Of a DNA stretch of 64,000 nucleotides, positions 23,760-32,154 are shown in pieces (within the stretch, counting starts at the first letter, position 1; every line of letters begins with the position of its first letter). Under the pieces are notes generated by a model, which did not search any database, was not told the DNA's origin, and saw only the letters and a program-made list of their open reading frames with translations. The DNA comes from a virus, in the IMG/VR virus record IMGVR_UViG_3300005758_000132, positions 45,014 to 109,013 of that record; one strand, 5' to 3'. The position numbers and the translations under genes were made by a program.

Positions 23760-24209
23760 TCATTTCTCCTTATGCTTGAGCCAAGCGTCGAGGTAGTTGT
23801 CTAGGTCTTCGCGGACGAACGACACAGCGTCGTCCATCTGGTTGATAAAGTCCTTCTCGGACTCAACGGTCACAGCTTCCATCTTCACAGGGACTGCGTC
23901 AGCCATCGTCTTGCTGTAGTCGAAGTAATCGACCCACGGTACGACGACGTACTGATGCTGGAACTCGTCCCACGCCTCGCCCCACTCGACGAGGGAGGCC
24001 TCTTCGGCTGCGGCTGCCGTAGTGACAAGTCCAGCGAACCACCCCTCAGCTAGCTTCTGAGCTGAGCAGATGTAGGTCGCGCAGTCCTTTGCGAACACCC
24101 AGGCTTCGTACAAGTCATTGTACGGAGGCGGATTCGAGGCTTGCGTCAAGTCCACCTTGATGAACTTGACGCAAGCCTCGAATCCGAAGGGCTTGAACTC
24201 TTTCTTCAT
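23760..24209 (-). CDS. Hypothetical acidic protein
   Basis: 149 aa, GGAGG SD, ATGA-coupled. Confidence 0.6.
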   Translation of the reverse strand: MKKEFKPFGFEACVKFIKVDLTQASNPPPYNDLYEAWVFAKDCATYICSAQKLAEGWFAGLVTTAAAAEEASLVEWGEAWDEFQHQYVVVPWVDYFDYSKTMADAVPVKMEAVTVESEKDFINQMDDAVSFVREDLDNYLDAWLKHKEK

Positions 24210-24475
24210 CGAACGCCCTCCATCGCGGCGATTTCTTTGAGTCTGGTGGTGACGTCATCGGGCGTGAGCCACCCATATGACGTGCCCGTGAACGCGCCGC
24301 TGCTAAGCACGGCGAGCTCGTAGAAGCCCTCCGTGCCGCCAGCGGAATTGCTGTGGCGCACGATGGACGCGCCGTAGCCGTTTGGGTATTCGACACGGGC
24401 AACAACGCCGTCAAACAGCGGCTTGAACTGAACGCCGTCGAACATAGGCTTGAACTGAAGGTCATTGAAGGTCAT
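24206..24475 (-). CDS. Conserved hypothetical phage protein (NGYGAS...YELAV type)
   Basis: AGGAG SD; motif common in small phage proteins; internal QFKP.FDGV duplication. Confidence 0.7.
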   Translation of the reverse strand: MTFNDLQFKPMFDGVQFKPLFDGVVARVEYPNGYGASIVRHSNSAGGTEGFYELAVLSSGAFTGTSYGWLTPDDVTTRLKEIAAMEGVR

Positions 24476-24489
24476 GTTGTTCTCCTAGA

Positions 24490-24693
24490 TTAGAAGGGCA
24501 CGAGATGGTCGAACATCTCGCAGTCACTCTGAGCTGCGGGAGTTGAGCTTTCGAGCTTACGCGGAGGCTTGCGCCTTGCTGTCCACGTGCCGAGTGAGGC
24601 TCGCTCTACCTTGAGCTTTCGCTTAGGCGGACGCCACCACGTGCGGTTGCTGTAAGCAATTCGGCTGCATACTCGAAATTCGTAGCGGTGCAT
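24490..24693 (-). CDS. Hypothetical basic protein, first gene after promoter
   Basis: ATG 24693 after GAGGGGAG; track start MTRKTF is the promoter itself. Confidence 0.45.
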   Translation of the reverse strand: MHRYEFRVCSRIAYSNRTWWRPPKRKLKVERASLGTWTARRKPPRKLESSTPAAQSDCEMFDHLVPF

Positions 24694-24721
24694 CTTCTCC
24701 CCTCGCGTCGTTACCTCGTAA

Positions 24722-24750
24722 GGTATAGAAGCAAACGTTTTTCGCGTCAA
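24722..24750 (-). promoter_or_regulatory. Conserved phage early-type promoter TTGACG-N17-TATACC
   Basis: Spacer CGAAAAACGTTTGCTTC, A/T-rich upstream tract. Confidence 0.85.
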
Positions 24751-25104
24751 CAGAAAAAACGCGTTCGGGGCTGTTTTTTCTTCGAGACGTCCTGCGCCAC
24801 TTCGAAGATGCGGAGCAGCTTCGCGTTGGTGGTGCCGAGGAGGGCCTTCTTTTCGGCGTCTCCGGCAGAGACGAGCCTCCAGAGGAGGTCCTCGCGGACC
24901 GCGGATTCCGGGTAGGTCAAAACCTATGCGACGCGGTGACGTTCAGTCACGTGCGCTAGCGCGTAGTCGCCTCGATTGAACGGGCTGAGTCTAGAGACCT
25001 TAGCCGCTGACGATCTTGGCTTCTGACGCGGTGTATATGCGAAAACGCTAGGTCGTAAACAGGGCCGCAGCTAATAAACGACGGCCAAAAATACGCTAAA
25101 ATGA

Positions 25105-25311
25105 TTACCACTCGATCAAGGGTGGCTGAGCGCGGTCCTGTATCGCCGGGATGGACGTCGTGTTCGCTCCGCCTGTGTCCCTAATGGGCGGGTGATCGAA
25201 TAAGAGCAGGTAGACCAAGTAAGCGATGAGAGCGATGAGAGCGAAGAAGACCAGGTTCACCACGATAGCGCCTATGGACCTAGCCTTTGTGAAGTCATCT
25301 TCTAGTCTCAT
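25105..25311 (-). CDS. Small membrane protein
   Basis: One strong hydrophobic helix. Confidence 0.55.
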   Translation of the reverse strand: MRLEDDFTKARSIGAIVVNLVFFALIALIAYLVYLLLFDHPPIRDTGGANTTSIPAIQDRAQPPLIEW

Positions 25312-25502
25312 CGGTACTTCTCCAGCTTCAGCGGTCGATGCTGCTCGCCCATATAGCAGGCGGCAAGTCTTCCTCGCTGCGTAGCGAGCAGGATAGAGAT
25401 CGTGATGAGCGTAAGTCGAAGCGTACTCATTACATCTCCCGTCGTGTAAGGGCGGTCTGAGCCTGTGCCTGTCGCCGGATGCTCCTGTCAGGATCAGACC
25501 GT

Positions 25503-25555
25503 AAAAAATAAAAAAGAGGCGCCTCGAAAGGTGATGCTGTCTTTGCGAGGCGCCT
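25503..25555 (-). terminator. Intrinsic terminator
   Basis: AGGCGCCTCG/CGAGGCGCCT stem followed by long T-tract on minus strand. Confidence 0.7.
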
Positions 25556-25597
25556 ACTTGACCGGCGGTCTATCGCCGGCGAGGGGCCGTCACTCTG

Positions 25598-25897
25598 TTA
25601 GCACTGCTCAGCTGACTTGTCACTATCCACCAGCATCCAGTCTAGCTCTGGCGTCCTTCGCGTGCGCTCGTAAGTATAGGTCCTGACGATCGCGATGTGG
25701 CCCGCCTCTACGAGACGCGTCAGCGCAGCGTGAACGCTTACCCTCGTCAGCCCTCTAGGCGTGATGAGCAGCGAAGGAAAATATCCACGTCCGTTTTTAT
25801 CCGCAGCTGCGTAGCAAAGCGCGAGGACCGCGATATCCAGCGGGAGCAGAAGCCGCAGGGCGCGTGCGTCGCGCATAATATGTTTTTCAGACGTCAC
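25598..25897 (-). CDS. Winged-HTH-like protein
   Basis: GYFPS...GLTRVSVHAALTRLVEAGHI pattern. Confidence 0.5.
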   Translation of the reverse strand: MTSEKHIMRDARALRLLLPLDIAVLALCYAAADKNGRGYFPSLLITPRGLTRVSVHAALTRLVEAGHIAIVRTYTYERTRRTPELDWMLVDSDKSAEQC

Positions 25898-26064
25898 GTG
25901 TCTTCACCGTCTTCATCATCATCCTCATCCTCTTCAGCGTCTTCAGCATCCGCGCCGCTCTGATATTTACATCAGACTGCAACGGCAAAGCCTCGAAGAC
26001 GAAAGTCCTCGTGGCTTTTCTATTTCAGGCAATTCTCCAAAAAATTTGGAGAGTTCAGATAAAG

Positions 26065-26295
26065 TTACTGCCTATCTCGTTGCGTCAGATCGAAGCAAAG
26101 ACGAAAATGCTCAAGCATGTAGTGAAGCTCCTCAGTCATCTTATGCACTTTTGAAGCTGCTTCTTTTGTATTAACGAAACTTTCATCTGTCGAACGTGCG
26201 AGCACGGAAGCAGCAGTTTCAAGAGAATAAGCCAAGTCACAAGCTTTTTCCAGATTTGCGTCTTTTAGTTCTTCGTGAAGCTCAAAAATTTTCAT
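26065..26295 (-). CDS. Hypothetical protein (AT-rich)
   Basis: 76 aa helical ORF. Confidence 0.55.
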   Translation of the reverse strand: MKIFELHEELKDANLEKACDLAYSLETAASVLARSTDESFVNTKEAASKVHKMTEELHYMLEHFRLCFDLTQRDRQ

Positions 26296-26305
26296 TGGTT
26301 CTTTC

Positions 26306-26614
26306 CTATGAAATCGATAGCGCGTTATCGAAGATCCATTTTGAGCAATCTTCTTCTGAGTAAAGAAAACGCATCCGTCCCCCGTTAGTAAGCTGACACG
26401 CTAGAAGAGCATCGTTGTCTGACTTAAAGCCGAGTGACTCTGCCCACAATTTTCGCATTCGGCTACTCCAAAATACATACTCTATCAATAGTAAACACTC
26501 TTTACCATTGACGGTTACTTTTGCCGGATCGCCGTCTGCCTTAGCCGAAATGTAGTCATCCACAGTTAGATTAAGCGTTTTTAGAAATAGCACAAACTTT
26601 TCATTCATCTTCAT
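26306..26614 (-). CDS. Hypothetical protein (AT-rich)
   Basis: 102 aa, ATGA-coupled. Confidence 0.6.
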   Translation of the reverse strand: MKMNEKFVLFLKTLNLTVDDYISAKADGDPAKVTVNGKECLLLIEYVFWSSRMRKLWAESLGFKSDNDALLACQLTNGGRMRFLYSEEDCSKWIFDNALSIS

Positions 26615-26937
26615 TTCTGAATCTCCTCAATCGAGCTTGTGTAATCTTTTATTTCTGCCACCATTGGCAGCAGCTTTTCTTTCCAAGCTCGGAAGTACAG
26701 CTGAACATCATCCTGTCCTGTGACGGCATACCTGTTCAGCGCTGTTACTGACTCCTTGGTCAGACTAACCAAATGAGCCGTCAACGCCACGTACAGGCGA
26801 GCAAGGTTCTGCTTGTCAGCGTCATCCTCGTAGCCGCAAGTCTCGTACAAACTTTCTAGGTTGGTGATGTTGTCGGCCAGATCCTCGGAAAGAACAAGCA
26901 TACGCTCCAGCCTGTGAATCAGTTCGATGACTCTCAT
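26611..26937 (-). CDS. Hypothetical protein
   Basis: Start reassigned to ATGA overlap at 26937. Confidence 0.55.
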   Translation of the reverse strand: MRVIELIHRLERMLVLSEDLADNITNLESLYETCGYEDDADKQNLARLYVALTAHLVSLTKESVTALNRYAVTGQDDVQLYFRAWKEKLLPMVAEIKDYTSSIEEIQK

Positions 26938-27194
26938 GATGGGTAATCCAGCTCGCCTACCATAGCCTCTAGCCACGCCCTCTCTGGTATGACGACCCTG
27001 TCCTTGTTGATCAAGTTCCACATGCGGCGGACCATGTCAGGACCCAGTCTCTTTTCCCCTCTGGAGAACTGGTAAAGGCCTGAGTAGGAGCAGTCGAGGA
27101 TCTTAGACACTTCGTTGAAGTTGCCATACTTCCGAAGCTCCGACAGGATCCAATCCCGTCCGGTCCATTCCTTGGGCTGCTTAGCTTTCATCAC
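26934..27194 (-). CDS. XRE/Cro-like HTH protein
   Basis: NEVSKILDCSYSGLYQFSRGEKR HTH pattern. Confidence 0.55.
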   Translation of the reverse strand: MMKAKQPKEWTGRDWILSELRKYGNFNEVSKILDCSYSGLYQFSRGEKRLGPDMVRRMWNLINKDRVVIPERAWLEAMVGELDYPS

Positions 27195-27784
27195 GTATCC
27201 AAGAAGGTCAGGAGACGAAGCTCAGCGCCTGCGTACAAAGCTTTCAGGCTATTGTATAGCTCCTTGCCTCTGTCAGTGAGGTCGTCGTAGGTGCAAACCC
27301 ACTGGTTGTATGACCAGCCAGTGGCGCCCAGCGTCACGATAGCCAGGAAGGGTCGGGACCGGTCGCGCGTGTGATAGTCCGGGTGGCCGTCGTCCCGCTC
27401 CCATTCGAGCAGCATCCTCGGGAAATACTTTAGCCGAGTCTTCTTGATCTGCTCGTCGCGGGCACGCCATTCATTCTCTTGAGACACCCACGGCTCGCCG
27501 CTGGCGACGTTGGACGGATACCGTAGGTCAGACAAATCGTCCCCAAGAAAAACCTCGTCATACGTAAACGATTGCTCGCCGCCGCAGCACGGCATCCACT
27601 TGTTGCTGATGTTCTTGTCAGCCTCCCGGTCGATGACGACCAGTCGGACAAAGATACCGCCCTCTCGTGTCGAGGGAAGGTGCAAAGGGAAGTTGACAAA
27701 CCCAGCCACGGCATTGGTTCGCCGACGGGACGGCGGCACCTTCTCCTCGTCAGACAAGTCGCCGTCATGTTCAGGATCAGTCAT
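27191..27784 (-). CDS. Hypothetical protein
   Basis: 197 aa, coupled overlaps. Confidence 0.6.
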   Translation of the reverse strand: MTDPEHDGDLSDEEKVPPSRRRTNAVAGFVNFPLHLPSTREGGIFVRLVVIDREADKNISNKWMPCCGGEQSFTYDEVFLGDDLSDLRYPSNVASGEPWVSQENEWRARDEQIKKTRLKYFPRMLLEWERDDGHPDYHTRDRSRPFLAIVTLGATGWSYNQWVCTYDDLTDRGKELYNSLKALYAGAELRLLTFLDT

Positions 27785-27957
27785 TGCTTTTCTACCTTTA
27801 CCTTAGTCTGTTCGTTGTACACTTTTGTATACAACTCATGAATGTTTGCTCTAGCGTAGCTATGTGCTTCAGTCGAAGTATTACCTTCAGCTACTGATTT
27901 CAAATAAAGATTATTGTAAAGCCGATGATGTAATAAGTGTCTGTCAAGGTCGTTCAC
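27781..27957 (-). CDS. Small hypothetical protein (58 aa, below track cut-off)
   Basis: MNDLDRHLLHHRLYNN...VEKQ; GTGA and ATGA overlaps with both neighbours. Confidence 0.55.
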   Translation of the reverse strand: MNDLDRHLLHHRLYNNLYLKSVAEGNTSTEAHSYARANIHELYTKVYNEQTKVKVEKQ

Positions 27958-28403
27958 GGCGCCGCCTCTAACGCGGCGACCAAAGCCTCTGCTTCGCTGG
28001 AGTAATACGCCCTTGCTCCCGCAAGACGATTGCGCCCTAGCGTGTCAACGACTTCGCACCTTGCTCGGCTTTGGCCGCTCATGTCGGGCTGAGGATTATC
28101 CCACCAGCGGACGTACATCATGCAGCCATAGGCTTGCCTGACCAACGCGAGCAAGCAACCAAGAGTCGCTGGGTCGTCAAAGTCTGGCATGCAATCGCGA
28201 GTAACGCTATAGTGCTTCTTGCGAATCCAAGTCATCGGACGAGCCTCTTCAAACGGTCCGTCTTCTATGGACATGTACATGCAGGTTTCGTAGTCCCACA
28301 AAAGCCTAAATCGGCATATGCCATCTGCCTTGTATATGACCCGCATGCCAGGCATCCACCGCCAATGCTTGCAGGCCGCAGCCCTCGTCGCCAGTTCGGT
28401 CAT
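27954..28403 (-). CDS. Hypothetical phage protein, paralog of 21937..22317
   Basis: HWRWMPGM...PDFDDPATLGCLLALVR...EAEALVAALEAAP. Confidence 0.7.
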   Translation of the reverse strand: MTELATRAAACKHWRWMPGMRVIYKADGICRFRLLWDYETCMYMSIEDGPFEEARPMTWIRKKHYSVTRDCMPDFDDPATLGCLLALVRQAYGCMMYVRWWDNPQPDMSGQSRARCEVVDTLGRNRLAGARAYYSSEAEALVAALEAAP

Positions 28404-28651
28404 GGCGCAACTCTTTCTTTGAGTTCATAGTAATAATCCTTCAACATAAAACGCAGTTGTTGCATCGCTTGCTCCTTGGCTAGACGTACAACGCAATCAT
28501 GGTAACCAATAGCTTGTTTGCCTGTCGGTATATGCGTGATGCGTACAGCATGCGGTGGGCGCGGTGTTGGCCCCACGAATCCATTACCGCGCCATACGTC
28601 GACCTGTAGATCATTGGCATCAAGCTCTGGCATCTCAAGTTCAATCATCAC
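28400..28651 (-). CDS. Small protein resembling release-factor domain 3 fragment (no GGQ)
   Basis: AVRITHIPTG motif. Confidence 0.5.
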   Translation of the reverse strand: MMIELEMPELDANDLQVDVWRGNGFVGPTPRPPHAVRITHIPTGKQAIGYHDCVVRLAKEQAMQQLRFMLKDYYYELKERVAP

Positions 28652-28902
28652 TTATCCCTTTTCCTTGGATTAGGCTTTGGATGCGGTACATGAAGCGAGA
28701 GCGTGCGAATGAGGGCTGGAACTAACGCAATGTCAATACCCAGCACAAACTCGGACTCGCTATCGTCAGGAGTCCCTAGCCAAACCTCAAGTACGTGGCC
28801 ACTTACCATGCGAGTTTGGAATTCAATCTTTGACTTCATCTTTCTCACTCTGCGTCCATCCATCGAACAGGCCAAGGATGCGTGGAACGGCGAGTCAACC
28901 AT
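28648..28902 (-). CDS. Hypothetical protein
   Basis: Tiles operon; start uncertain. Confidence 0.5.
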   Translation of the reverse strand: MVDSPFHASLACSMDGRRVRKMKSKIEFQTRMVSGHVLEVWLGTPDDSESEFVLGIDIALVPALIRTLSLHVPHPKPNPRKRDK

Positions 28903-29161
28903 CTTCTAGCAGCGTCTTCAGGTGTGACAACCTACTGAGCGCGTTGTCGCGCGCGACACGAACTGCTTCTGTCCAGCTGACACACGACGACGCGTGGCCG
29001 AAGTCTTTGACGAGTTGATTTTCTAGCATAACATCGACAGACGCACCCCAGCCATCCCTGTCCACCCATTTCCACACGGTATAGGTCAACGCGTCCGTGC
29101 GTTTTACGGCCATCAAGCCGCCGTTAAACCATCGCCAGTCTCCAGGGTCTTGAACAGTCAT
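28895..29161 (-). CDS. Hypothetical protein
   Basis: Start at ATGA overlap 29161, AGGAG SD. Confidence 0.55.
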   Translation of the reverse strand: MTVQDPGDWRWFNGGLMAVKRTDALTYTVWKWVDRDGWGASVDVMLENQLVKDFGHASSCVSWTEAVRVARDNALSRLSHLKTLLEDG

Positions 29162-29607
29162 TTGACGTCTCCTGCGCGCAAAATATAGGTGCCGTCGTCG
29201 AGCAAGACTGGCCACTGGTACGGCATATCCGCAGGCTCGCTAAACTGCGAGTAAAACACCGCATCCTTACGCCGAAGGTTAGACCTGTGGCTTGCGTGCA
29301 GCTTTTCGTCCCCCATCCACGGCGGCATAACCGGTCTGTCCTGAGTCAAACGCGACGCGAAGAACTCTAGTAGGCTGTCCTTATAGCCACGTGCGCGCCA
29401 TATCTGGCACGAGATCAACCCGTATTGCGCCAGCGCGGTTTCGTAGCCGCGCCACATCTTAGCCGCGGGGTGATTCACCCACCCCTTGGTTGCGCCGTCA
29501 AGCGCTAGGAGAAGCTGCTTTGTCTCGACGCGCTGCTTTCCGAGCCTGCGATAATCCAGCGCGTCAAGTGATTTTTGAAAACACGAAAATGGTAGAAAAG
29601 TCTGCAT
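29158..29607 (-). CDS. Pyrimidine-dimer DNA glycosylase/endonuclease V-like protein (MSMEG_6728 type)
   Basis: MQTFLP..LDYRRLGKQRVE..HPAAKMWRG..HASHRSNL..KD. Confidence 0.8.
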   Translation of the reverse strand: MQTFLPFSCFQKSLDALDYRRLGKQRVETKQLLLALDGATKGWVNHPAAKMWRGYETALAQYGLISCQIWRARGYKDSLLEFFASRLTQDRPVMPPWMGDEKLHASHRSNLRRKDAVFYSQFSEPADMPYQWPVLLDDGTYILRAGDVK

Positions 29608-29625
29608 GGTCTAAATGTCCGAAAA

Positions 29626-29856
29626 TTATTTGTTGAGTAGTATTTTTGAAAGGTTCCACGTGCTGGCAGGTACTTCTGCTGAGCAGTTAACAAGCTCGAC
29701 GTAATGCTCTGAAAACTCGTGGGGAGACCATTGAGCGACGATCGTGAGCTTTCCGCCCTCGATGGACGCGGTCACGACTACGCCGTGAAGCAGAAAGTCC
29801 ACCTGCCCACCGATATTCTCACCTATGATGGCAAGCGTACGCGTCGAGTCGATCAC
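29626..29856 (-). CDS. Hypothetical protein, tandem paralog of next gene
   Basis: G..DFL.H...V.A.I..G.LT shared pattern. Confidence 0.55.
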   Translation of the reverse strand: MIDSTRTLAIIGENIGGQVDFLLHGVVVTASIEGGKLTIVAQWSPHEFSEHYVELVNCSAEVPASTWNLSKILLNK

Positions 29857-30053
29857 GGCTTTTTCGCTACCGCGCAGCGCTCGTCAAAAAGCACGTCCCA
29901 CGTGTAGCTATCGCGGTCGCTTTGGATAGCCTTTAGCGTCAACACGCCGTCGTCGATGACAGCTATGACAGCGATGTTGTGGTCCAGAAAATCAATCACG
30001 CCTTCTTTGTAAGGCGCTTCGACAGCCACGACTCTGTTCGCGTTTTTGCTCAT
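29853..30053 (-). CDS. Hypothetical protein, first gene after promoter
   Basis: ATG 30053 after GAGGAG. Confidence 0.6.
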   Translation of the reverse strand: MSKNANRVVAVEAPYKEGVIDFLDHNIAVIAVIDDGVLTLKAIQSDRDSYTWDVLFDERCAVAKKP

Positions 30054-30090
30054 ATCTAGCTCCTCGGGACGATTTGCCCCTGACGGCTTA

Positions 30091-30119
30091 GGTATAGAGA
30101 AAAACGTTTTTCGTGTCAA
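30091..30119 (-). promoter_or_regulatory. Conserved phage early-type promoter TTGACA-N17-TATACC
   Basis: Spacer CGAAAAACGTTTTTCTC. Confidence 0.85.
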
Positions 30120-30133
30120 CGCAAAACGCGCAG

Positions 30134-30802
30134 CTAGTCTAACTCGTAAATTTCATTGAGCTTACTACACCCCTCGCAGCGACACGCCGGGTGCGGAGTA
30201 CGGCAAGCCACGACTGCGATATCCATGAGACGCTTTATCTCGTCTCCAAGGTCGTCGTTTTCAGTGCGCAAGAACTCTATGACCTCCTCAGCGTCTGCGA
30301 GCTTCTTTTTCAGCGTCAAGATAGCTTCGTCGTCCTCCTTTGGTGCAGCGCCTCGAAGCAGGTTTCTAGCGATCATCGTTTTCATGCGCTTTACCGCTAG
30401 CGTGACGTCATCGATTTCTGACGCGCTAGGCGTAGACGCTCGTGCCGCTTCCGAGGTCACGATCCCCAACTCGCGAGCCACGTCTAGTCGATGATTTCGC
30501 AGGCTATCGTTGGCATTTTTTAGCGCGACAACTATACGGCGCACATTCGCTGGCGTAGGCTCTACTGACGAGCCGCTGGCGAACACGATATCTAGCGCAG
30601 CCATACGCCAGGCAGCGATTTCCTCCGTTACATGCTCTGAGCCCTTGCAGTTAGCTGTATCCCACGCGTCTAACGCGTCCTGTAGCACTTCGTGAGACCC
30701 AGACGTTACACGGCACTCCGGACACTCAAGCACCCATCCGTGAGATTGGCGAAAAACAAACGGTGTAGCACCGCAAATTCGACATCCGTTTTTAGCGCTC
30801 AC
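30134..30802 (-). CDS. Lar-like (restriction alleviation) Zn-finger plus coiled coil
   Basis: CRICG..LECPEC..ALDAWD N-terminus. Confidence 0.55.
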   Translation of the reverse strand: MSAKNGCRICGATPFVFRQSHGWVLECPECRVTSGSHEVLQDALDAWDTANCKGSEHVTEEIAAWRMAALDIVFASGSSVEPTPANVRRIVVALKNANDSLRNHRLDVARELGIVTSEAARASTPSASEIDDVTLAVKRMKTMIARNLLRGAAPKEDDEAILTLKKKLADAEEVIEFLRTENDDLGDEIKRLMDIAVVACRTPHPACRCEGCSKLNEIYELD

Positions 30803-30861
30803 GTATACCTCCAGGCCTCAAACCCTAAGGTGTTAGTCAGCCTGAAGGCAAGAACGCACCC

Positions 30862-32154
30862 CTACGACCGATGTTTACGCCATCCCTTGCCCTTATGAAC
30901 AGGGTCCTTTGCGATGATTTCGTCGAAGACGCTGCGGGGTAAACGCCACTGGCGGACTCCGGTGCGCTCGATACCGGCTTTGACGAGCCGCCTGATTACT
31001 GAGACGCGGCAGTAGCCCATGATGTCGGCGTACTCGCTCGGCGTCATGGAATCTTTGGCGAGAGCAGCAGCCTCTTCGAGGCTGTCAGTAGCGACACGCC
31101 AGTGCACCCGCTGCATGTTTATTGGGCGGGTAACTCCTAGCCTAGCTAGCATCTTCTTCATGACATGGGGGTCGACCTCAAGACGAAGGCAGGCCTGGTG
31201 AAACGTCTCTGTCTTGTGCCACTCAGCGACCGCTCGATCGATCTCCGTCATAGAGTATGTACTGCGAGCAGACCGATCGTACACGCGTTCGTCATGAGTA
31301 TTTGGCTTCTTGGCCTTGATGCCATTACCCCTGCCCCTGCCTTTGATGATGCGACGCAAAGTCGCTGGGTCATAGCCAGTGCGGATGGATGCCTGCTCCA
31401 ACGTCTCGTAGCCACGCAAGCACCCGCGCTCGATCAGCCCCAGCTTGACGGCCCGACGGATGATGGCGTTGTAGGTGCGGTCGAGCTCCTTGGCGATGGC
31501 CTTCGCCCCACGCGACTCAAGATGCCATGAGAGAAAGCGATCGTCGCGGTCGTTCCACGGCTTGCTGCCGCCTGCTGTGTACTTGCTCTTCAGGCCAAGC
31601 AGCTTAGCTCGGCTCCTGATAACGTCCACACTCACGCCGAGTTGCTTCGCCAACTTCTTGATGGGCGTCTTGTCCCAATGCGCTTTGACGTGCTCAGCGA
31701 ACTTGTCATCAGTTCGGCTGATGCAGACTGGCAGATGCTCACGGCTCCACGCCTCCGTGTCTGACATGCGGAAGCGTCGCCAGAATTTGTGCTTAGAGCG
31801 GGACGCGATGCACTTAGCCGACCTGATGACCTCGACCTGCATCGAGCATCGAGCGCAAACGACCTTGTGGCAGGGAGCGCCGGTAGGTGACGGGGGCGCG
31901 TCGCCTACTGACTTCCACAGATGCTTGGTAGGCATCTTGACGCGCCACCCGTCGACACACAGAGGTAGGGGGTCACGGACAGGAAGTAGCTTCCCTTGAA
32001 CGACCCGCTCTCCGGCTGTGTAGCTGGGCCGTTTGCCGGCCTTATGGCTGACCTCCAGCCCGCACTTTCCACAAGTCGAAAGGCTCCTGCCCTCTTCAGC
32101 AGGAACCGTCATCCATTGATGGTGAGCCTGCTGAGACGGCATCAGCCCCTCCAC
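30862..32154 (-). CDS. Basic multi-HTH/Zn-ribbon DNA-binding protein
   Basis: Several HTH-like repeats (KKLAKQLGVSVDVIRSRA; KAIAKELDRTYNAIIRRA), CxxC pairs. Confidence 0.55.
   Translation of the reverse strand: MEGLMPSQQAHHQWMTVPAEEGRSLSTCGKCGLEVSHKAGKRPSYTAGERVVQGKLLPVRDPLPLCVDGWRVKMPTKHLWKSVGDAPPSPTGAPCHKVVCARCSMQVEVIRSAKCIASRSKHKFWRRFRMSDTEAWSREHLPVCISRTDDKFAEHVKAHWDKTPIKKLAKQLGVSVDVIRSRAKLLGLKSKYTAGGSKPWNDRDDRFLSWHLESRGAKAIAKELDRTYNAIIRRAVKLGLIERGCLRGYETLEQASIRTGYDPATLRRIIKGRGRGNGIKAKKPNTHDERVYDRSARSTYSMTEIDRAVAEWHKTETFHQACLRLEVDPHVMKKMLARLGVTRPINMQRVHWRVATDSLEEAAALAKDSMTPSEYADIMGYCRVSVIRRLVKAGIERTGVRQWRLPRSVFDEIIAKDPVHKGKGWRKHRS

Noticed and set aside
24747-24920. 57-aa TTG-start ORF (MTYPESAVREDLLWRL...)
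   Set aside because: Coding-like composition but weak start and it runs into the promoter; cannot tell gene from remnant.
25987-26018. Hairpin as IS200/IS605 end
   Set aside because: No transposase or TnpB nearby; a terminator is the simpler reading.
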